The translations under genes and the position numbers were made by a program. A stretch of DNA of 64,000 nucleotides, from NCBI GenBank assembly GCA_043811375.1, contig JBDRNJ010000027.1, forward strand, positions 1 through 64,000. The letters run 5' to 3'. The stretch comes from a bacterium. GTDB taxonomy: Bacteria > Zixibacteria > MSB-5A5 > GN15 > FEB-12. The notes under the pieces are model-generated. The model was not told where the DNA came from, did not search any database, and saw nothing but the letters and a program-made list of their open reading frames with translations. Below, piece after piece: positions 58,181 to 64,000 of this stretch (positions within the stretch are counted from its first letter, which is position 1; every line of letters starts with the position of its first letter).

Positions 58181-58642
58181 TTATTGTTTTTTAGACAGGG
58201 ATGATGAAAGCAGCCACCGACGGGAGCGGCTGAAAAGCAATTGCAGAGCGAAGACGATCAAGACCAGGTTAAAGGTCAAACTTCTCCAGGCGGCATCGCC
58301 GGAAGCTGTGGAAGCCTTGAAGCAGCCACAGTCGATATCAATACCGCGGACGATGGTCGATCCCAGCGCTACTATAAAAATGACGGTCATTGCGTTCACC
58401 AGCACCACGGCGCCATTGTAAAATAAACCCAGGATCAGCGCCAGTCCGCACAGCAGTTCAACCCAGGGGAGAATCAGGGCCATCAGGTTTATCACCTCCC
58501 CGGGGACCAGGTGGTAGTACCAGATCGACTTGGCAAAAGTGTAAGGGTCGGTAATCTTGTAATATGCTGCAAAGATGAAAGTGAAGCCGATAAACACGCG
58601 GGACAACACCATCAGCCAGTCGCTGTCGATTATTCGTCGCAC
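58181..58642 (-). CDS. MauE/DoxX-family membrane protein
   Basis: LILPWVELLCG...RGIDIDCGCF; GTG start overlapping the rhodanese stop. Confidence 0.88.
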   Translation of the reverse strand: MRRIIDSDWLMVLSRVFIGFTFIFAAYYKITDPYTFAKSIWYYHLVPGEVINLMALILPWVELLCGLALILGLFYNGAVVLVNAMTVIFIVALGSTIVRGIDIDCGCFKASTASGDAAWRSLTFNLVLIVFALQLLFSRSRRWLLSSSLSKKQ

Positions 58643-59148
58643 GCCGCCCTCTTTTCCATCTGAAGCCCGGACTCCTCCCATTCCCGGGCTCCCCCGAAGA
58701 ATATCGATATCGATTTGTAACCGAGCGACTGCATGTTCCGGGCCAGATGCAGCGACAGATCGCACTCATCGCCGGAACAAAACGTTATGAGAGGATGATC
58801 AAGCTTCATACCGTCCAGGGCTGAGTCAATATAGGTCCCAAGTCCTTCATCAGGAAGGTAATCAAAGGGAATATTGATGGCCCCGGGGATAGTCCCGCAC
58901 TCGAATACTTCCGGCTCTCGAGTATCAATGAAAGCAGATCGGCCCGAAGAAAACTCCATCTGGGCTTCGGCCAGCCCTATGAAAGGAGGATCGCCCTTTT
59001 CCGCATCCGGCGTGATAATCGGATCATTGCCCGATGCCAGGGAGCGATACTGACCGATATAAGGGATTCGGTTAGGGGAAAACAGGTTCAGTCCCAACCC
59101 GATTATCACTGATAAAACCAGTATGAATACAACCTGCTTAACTACCAT
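58630..59148 (-). CDS. Membrane-anchored rhodanese-domain protein
   Basis: FIDTR...GTIPGAINIP...ITFCSGDECDLS...GGAREW. Confidence 0.9.
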   Translation of the reverse strand: MVVKQVVFILVLSVIIGLGLNLFSPNRIPYIGQYRSLASGNDPIITPDAEKGDPPFIGLAEAQMEFSSGRSAFIDTREPEVFECGTIPGAINIPFDYLPDEGLGTYIDSALDGMKLDHPLITFCSGDECDLSLHLARNMQSLGYKSISIFFGGAREWEESGLQMEKRAACDE

Positions 59149-59346
59149 TCCGAAGTCGTCATCTCTGCTGTTTCTTTTCCGTTATACCCATGGATATATC
59201 AATTGTTTACATCTGTTAATCGAAAACAGATAAAATGTTCCTTTTCGACGAGTGTCAAGACCAATATGCCGCCCGCTGGCTGTGGCCACATTGGCTATCT
59301 GTTATTTCTCGTCGACTGAATGATCAGAAACTGATGGACCTTCCCC

Positions 59347-59382
59347 AAAAAAAAGTCGGGATCCGCAGTTTTGCGGATCCCG
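59347..59382 (-). terminator. Rho-independent terminator
   Basis: CGGGATCCGCA/TGCGGATCCCG stem followed by T8 on the minus strand. Confidence 0.8.
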
Positions 59383-59445
59383 CTGGATCAGTAAGCTTCT
59401 CCGACAGTTTTCTCTTCCTTTTTCGGAAGAGTCTCTGTTCGTCCT

Positions 59446-59631
59446 TCAGATAATACGCACTTGCTGCATACCCGTGTCACCACGTGACGAAATCAATTCA
59501 TATTTCCCCATCAGAATCTTGCCAACTACTACAGCAAACCTCTTGGGGTTAAGTGGTTGCAGGCTATACGGGTGCCAGCAGTCTTTTTCTCCTTTGATAG
59601 CGAACGCCTTTTTTGATTCTCTCTTTGGCAT
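59446..59631 (-). CDS. Small hypothetical protein
   Basis: RBS AAGGAG; followed by a terminator. Confidence 0.65.
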   Translation of the reverse strand: MPKRESKKAFAIKGEKDCWHPYSLQPLNPKRFAVVVGKILMGKYELISSRGDTGMQQVRII

Positions 59632-59862
59632 GGCACAACTCCTTTAGTCCAGTTCCCCCCTTAGAAACCTACGTACATTGCTCACAATTCGAGTGAGACC
59701 GGTAAGGGAACCGGGGAGTTTCTAAAAAAATGCTAATAGTGTGAGGTATCACCTCCTTCAGGTGTGTTTTATGCTGTACAATTCTACCAGCTCGTGAGAT
59801 GACAAGTAGCGAGTACTTTTGCTGATTATGGTCTTCTCATATAATAGCGGTATTACATACAC

Positions 59863-60180
59863 CTATGTAGTCAGTAGTCTATTTAACTTTTTGATTGCCC
59901 GATGCTTATAGATATTCACCACTTGTTGCTTGATGCCCAGAATATCTGCTATCTCTCTCTCTTTTTTCCCCGATAAATAGTGTTTGATTACCTGTTTCTG
60001 TCGTGGTGACAGCGAATGGTTGATATGCCACTTTAGTCGAGAGCGGAGTCTGCCGGCAAACGTCCCACGCGGTTGCTCGTCGCCGGTTATATGATAAGCT
60101 GATTGTTCGTTGGCAAAGGATTCTAAAAACAGTTTGTCGACCAGAACCTCGGCAAATTCAAATTCTTTCCGAGCAGCCAT
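59863..60180 (-). CDS. Sigma-70 region 4 / LuxR-type HTH protein
   Basis: LSPRQKQVI...GKKEREIADILGIKQQVVNIYKHRAIKKL. Confidence 0.85.
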   Translation of the reverse strand: MAARKEFEFAEVLVDKLFLESFANEQSAYHITGDEQPRGTFAGRLRSRLKWHINHSLSPRQKQVIKHYLSGKKEREIADILGIKQQVVNIYKHRAIKKLNRLLTT

Positions 60181-60194
60181 AGCTTACCGCTGGA

Positions 60195-60743
60195 TTAATT
60201 GTCCAAGTGGTTGTCTTTTCGAATCTTGTCCAGATCCCGCATCGATATCGAAAACTTCTGAACGGTTTCCCCCCTGATTTCCCTGAGAGCAACATTTTTC
60301 TCGTATGGTGACAGATCACCCGGAAGGTTCTTCAGGCGCTTTCGATAATAACTCAGGATCTGTTCGTGTTTGGTGGCTTTGCGCCTGGAGACCTGCTCTG
60401 TCGATTCAGGTTCTTTTGCCGGCGACCGGGCCTGGTCGAGCTGGTGGCTGAGCGTGTCCATTTTCTCCTGGTTAGTGGTAATAATTCCCTGTAGCGAATC
60501 AAAAGCATTCCGGTATGCCAGTTCTCTGACCCATAGCGACTCCGCTACTTCATGTTGTTGTTGCTGAATAACTTGACGCTGAGAATCCAAACGCGAGTCG
60601 TATTCCTCGACGACATGCGAAGTCTCATCAAGTCCCAACTGGTAGGCACTTTCCTTCTGTTGTTTTTGTGTGTTTGCTCTGTAGTAGCATACAGCCGTAA
60701 GCAAACCCAGGAAAACGATCGCCAGTACAGCTTTTTTCACCAA
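60195..60743 (-). CDS. Membrane-anchored coiled-coil protein
   Basis: N-terminal TM and coiled coil; TTGACA-17-CATTCT promoter at 60766-60794. Confidence 0.75.
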   Translation of the reverse strand: MVKKAVLAIVFLGLLTAVCYYRANTQKQQKESAYQLGLDETSHVVEEYDSRLDSQRQVIQQQQHEVAESLWVRELAYRNAFDSLQGIITTNQEKMDTLSHQLDQARSPAKEPESTEQVSRRKATKHEQILSYYRKRLKNLPGDLSPYEKNVALREIRGETVQKFSISMRDLDKIRKDNHLDN

Positions 60744-60823
60744 CCTAACCTCGTAGTTTTAACCCAGAATGTCGGACGTGACATCTGGTGTCAAGTTTGA
60801 ACATAAACGATACTGACCGACAT

Positions 60824-60857
60824 AAAAAAAGGCGCCCGGCCAAAAAGCCGGACGCCC
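60824..60857 (-). terminator. Rho-independent terminator
   Basis: GGCGTCCGGC-TTTTTG-GCCGGGCGCC followed by T7 on the minus strand. Confidence 0.8.
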
Positions 60858-61025
60858 TGTTATTCGGTGAAAAACGCCCTGTCAGGCTATCGCCCGCTGC
60901 TTTCGGTAATACAACCAAGCGCTGCTGGTCAGGAGCAGATGTGCGTGTCCTGCTGCTGCTCGCGATAGGTGTGCAACGCAGGTTTATCAACTGACCCGGA
61001 AGTAAACTTGACGGTCATCCACCTG
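60824..61025 (-). ncRNA. Candidate ~200-nt small RNA
   Basis: Own terminator; end-pairing GGTGGA/TTCACC; internal CTATCGC/GCGATAG; TACAAT upstream; no credible ORF. Confidence 0.45.
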
Positions 61026-61264
61026 TGCAATTATTGTACAGTATTGCCGTCAGGTTCAATTTCATTTTGCATTTTCGGATAAACGTCTTATATTGTTATC
61101 ATAGTACTAAGTATACATCTTTGTTTTGAGCAGACGGTCACGCAAAAATTACCTGTCAGGTGTCCTCAGGGACGAGAAACCTGCATTAAGTAAATTAACT
61201 GTTGAAGCGCTGTCCTTTGAGGCATTGGAAACCTCTATAAGGGAAGCCGCAATTCGCGGAGGAC

Positions 61265-61960
61265 TTGGCCGTGCCGATTTCGAATCACACGCGGATGTAC
61301 TCGCCGTTCCGAGAGAATTCGGTGAAACGGCGCCCCGGCGTGATGCTGAAAGCAGTGTTTTGGCTGTTTCCTCTGCTGTTAGTGATTTCGCAAAGTTGTT
61401 CTACGAACTTCCAGGCTCCTTATCGTTTTGTCGGGCCGACAACAGAAGAATATCACAACCATCGAACTGACACCAATCCACCTGAGGAGCGTTACCGGGA
61501 GCAGGCAGACGGGTCAAGCAGGCAATCGTCAACAGACACCTCCGAGTCTGCTCATCCATATTCCTCATACGATAAAATCACGGAGATCCCCCAGTCTGGT
61601 GGTGGAGCGGCGACAATGTCCACCCTGTCGGAACCGGCCACCTTCGGTAATTCCACCCCATTACGAACCAGCGTGGTCGGAAGGGCGCTGGAGGGGAAGA
61701 TAGAATTCTTCCTGATGTTGGTAATACCGATTATCATCCCGAGTCCGTTCTACCGAACACCCCTGATGGTAGCTGCTCCCCATATTGAGGATGCCATTCT
61801 GGACCTGATCGACTGGCTTCTGACCGAGCCGGCACCACAAACACTTGAAGAGAATTCCGGTATAGCCTGTTCCGGACCGGTGATTTCTCGGGATCAGCGT
61901 ATCGGCCCGGTGACCGTAACCGATCCCAGGCATGAACTGACCGGTACCAGGTCACAATAA
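61265..61960 (+). CDS. Hypothetical protein, possible lipoprotein
   Basis: MLKAVFWLFPLLLVISQSC lipobox-like segment; low-complexity remainder. Confidence 0.4.
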   Translation: MAVPISNHTRMYSPFRENSVKRRPGVMLKAVFWLFPLLLVISQSCSTNFQAPYRFVGPTTEEYHNHRTDTNPPEERYREQADGSSRQSSTDTSESAHPYSSYDKITEIPQSGGGAATMSTLSEPATFGNSTPLRTSVVGRALEGKIEFFLMLVIPIIIPSPFYRTPLMVAAPHIEDAILDLIDWLLTEPAPQTLEENSGIACSGPVISRDQRIGPVTVTDPRHELTGTRSQ

Positions 61961-62044
61961 GTCGGCGTCAGCATTCACATCATTACGGTGACAACCATCG
62001 ATTGTCCCGGCGAGTTTCGTTTGGAATAAATCGACCGGATAAGA

Positions 62045-62305
62045 CTAATCGGCGTTCCGATTATCTGTAAGCTGCCGAAAGTAGTCGGATCGTTCACCTT
62101 TGGCCACTGAGCTGGATGGTATCGCCAGTACTTCGGCAGCCAATGCTCGCTTCCCCTTGATGGCAATAATATCATTGACGCCCACCTGATAGGCGGGTTT
62201 GACGGTACGGCCGTTGACGGCAATCATGCCATTGGCGGCCAGATCCTTGGCGATAGTGCGGCGTTTAACCAGGCCGACCGTGGAGAGGAAATCGTCAATA
62301 CGCAT
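62045..62305 (-). CDS. S4-domain RNA-binding protein (RqcP/Hsp15-like)
   Basis: MRIDDFL...VKRRTIAK...NGRTVKPAYQVGVNDII. Confidence 0.9.
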   Translation of the reverse strand: MRIDDFLSTVGLVKRRTIAKDLAANGMIAVNGRTVKPAYQVGVNDIIAIKGKRALAAEVLAIPSSSVAKGERSDYFRQLTDNRNAD

Positions 62306-62311
62306 GGGGAG

Positions 62312-63613
62312 TTACAGACGGTTGTCGATATAGGTCTGTTCTTTGATCTGAGAAATCCACTTGTCCACCAGGCGCGAGGTTTTCTCCTGACGGGCCATCT
62401 CTTTGATACGGTCGAAGTCTTCCTCCAGCGTAAATTGTCGCGGTGCCTGATATTCCAGCAACTTTAAAAGGTGCAGGCCGAATTGGGAGTAAACAGGTCC
62501 TCGAATCTCACCCGGTGTCTGCCAACCGATCACTTCCGAGGCGAATCCCGGTGGCAGTTCAGTAACCGCAAACCAGCCCAGCTCACCGCCTTGAGCGCGT
62601 GTCTCATCGTCAAACGAGAATGTCTTGGCCAGTTGCCGAAAATCAGCACCTGCGGCCACTTCCGCCTGGAGTGAGTCAGCCAGTGCCGCCACCCTCTGGG
62701 TGTCTTCAGGATTGGGCTGAACGGCCAGCAGAATATGACGCAGCTTCAGCCGATCGCCCATCTTCCCTTCACATTTAATCACGTGATAGCCAAACTGTGT
62801 GCGGATGACGCCGGAGATGTCTCCCGGCGAGAGGTTGAAAGCGGCCCGGGCGAATTCCGGGACCACGTCGGAACGCGATATGTAACCAAGGTCGCCACCA
62901 TTGGCTCCGGCGCCGAGGCTGGAGTGGTTGGTGGAGAGGGTGGCAAAGTCGGCTCCTTCCAATACCTGGCGTCGCAACTCGGCAGTAAGTTCTTTAACGG
63001 AGTCTTCCAACTCCGGCGATGGTTCCACCGGCATCAGAATATGGGCCAGTTTGACTGCCTCCGGTTGTCCCGGGAGAGAGTCCTGGAAGTTACGGAAAAA
63101 CTCCTCCACCTCGTGACGTGATACCGCCACCGAATACAGCTTCTTCTGTATGTAACGCTGCTTGAGGATTTGGTTTTCCACATCGTCGCGAAACCTTTTC
63201 CTTAACTCACGAATAGTAAGGCCCTCAGCCGCAAGAGCATCGAGAAATGCTTCGTTCGACTCAAAATTGCGCGCAATACCGGCCAGGTGGTCATCCAGTG
63301 CCTGTTCGATCTCTTCCGCACGCAGGTTGATGGTGGTATCCTTACGGGCCGCAATCAGGAACAACTGGTCGGATATCATCTGCTCCAGTACGTCCGAGTT
63401 CAACTGCATAAGTTCCTGTTCGTTCCCGGGCTGCATTCCCCCCTGCAATACCATCAACTGTGCCTGGCTGGCCAACTCTGAGGCCAGTATAACTCGATCA
63501 TCCACGACAGCCACGATGCGATCAACGGCCTCACGTTCAGCTTCGACGCCGACCGCCAGCAGACACCACAGGCAGGGGATGAAAAGATTTCTTATCATGG
63601 GCCGCAATCTCAT
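62312..63613 (-). CDS. surA: SurA-type peptidyl-prolyl isomerase
   Basis: VDRIVAVVDD N-domain and two parvulin domains (HIL...GGDLG...FGYHVIK; GGELGW). Confidence 0.92.
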   Translation of the reverse strand: MRLRPMIRNLFIPCLWCLLAVGVEAEREAVDRIVAVVDDRVILASELASQAQLMVLQGGMQPGNEQELMQLNSDVLEQMISDQLFLIAARKDTTINLRAEEIEQALDDHLAGIARNFESNEAFLDALAAEGLTIRELRKRFRDDVENQILKQRYIQKKLYSVAVSRHEVEEFFRNFQDSLPGQPEAVKLAHILMPVEPSPELEDSVKELTAELRRQVLEGADFATLSTNHSSLGAGANGGDLGYISRSDVVPEFARAAFNLSPGDISGVIRTQFGYHVIKCEGKMGDRLKLRHILLAVQPNPEDTQRVAALADSLQAEVAAGADFRQLAKTFSFDDETRAQGGELGWFAVTELPPGFASEVIGWQTPGEIRGPVYSQFGLHLLKLLEYQAPRQFTLEEDFDRIKEMARQEKTSRLVDKWISQIKEQTYIDNRL

Positions 63614-63622
63614 AGTCGGCTA

Positions 63623-64000
63623 TTACTCGGAAGCGCCGGTGGTGTCGACAGTGGTATACTTACTCATATCAATTGTCGACCAGAGGACATCCTCGTTGAC
63701 GATGATTTCCGTTGATTGTCGACGGTCCTCCACCCAGGCTGCAAAAACTTCTTTTTTACGCTCATCCGTCAAACTCTGGATAATACTTCGCTTCTGCCCC
63801 AGGTAATCCTTCAGTTGCGAATCTACCTTGTCAACGACGTAAAAGAGCACGTATTTTCCATCTTGATTGTGTACCGGACCACCGATGCCGCCAATAGGAG
63901 TTTTCCAAGCTGCGTCAAAAACGGCCGGAAACCATCGTCTCTCGATATAACCTAAATCACCGCCGCCAATGCGTTTGCCCGACCGTTCGGTATTATTGGA
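63623..64000 (-). CDS. Parvulin PPIase/foldase, C-terminal part (runs off the window)
   Basis: The frame continues upstream as GGDLGYIERRWFPAVFDAAWKTPIGGIGGPV. Confidence 0.85.
   Translation of the reverse strand, partial: SNNTERSGKRIGGGDLGYIERRWFPAVFDAAWKTPIGGIGGPVHNQDGKYVLFYVVDKVDSQLKDYLGQKRSIIQSLTDERKKEVFAAWVEDRRQSTEIIVNEDVLWSTIDMSKYTTVDTTGASE

Noticed and set aside
59676..59690. lac-operator-like AATTGTGAGC
   Set aside because: Half-site only with no LacI context; part of a hairpin.

Overview
The window has two parts. Positions ~40,005-64,000 are bacterial core chromosome: tRNA-Asp and tRNA-Val, GNAT, aldo/keto reductase, ECF sigma/anti-sigma, holA, a C25 gingipain with thrombospondin-3 repeats and dockerin, an MSHA-like type IV pilus operon, rhodanese/MauE, an S4 protein and SurA-type foldases. 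The C25-dockerin and 'QNYPNPFNP' proteins suggest an FCB-group bacterium such as Zixibacteria (inference). Positions 1-~40,005 are a mosaic genomic island integrated at the 3' end of tRNA-Asp, with integrase and excisionase at its right end; the left end is not visible. The island holds three tyrosine recombinases (one broken by two IS insertions about 10 bp apart), ArdC, a vWA/MoxR/SAP-like triad, secreted cargo, an M48 protease with a wHTH partner and an NYN nuclease. Most strikingly, it has an archaeal-looking backbone: an Orc1/Cdc6-like ATPase, two HerA/VirD4-like ATPase + wHTH + PD-(D/E)XK modules (one fused, one split), an OB-fold protein and an archaeal-type acylphosphatase. Several of these genes lack a Shine-Dalgarno site and have TATA-box-like motifs 22-24 nt upstream of the ATG. 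Several structured non-coding segments are candidate RNAs or ssDNA signals. All calls are by eye from motifs; no database searches were run.
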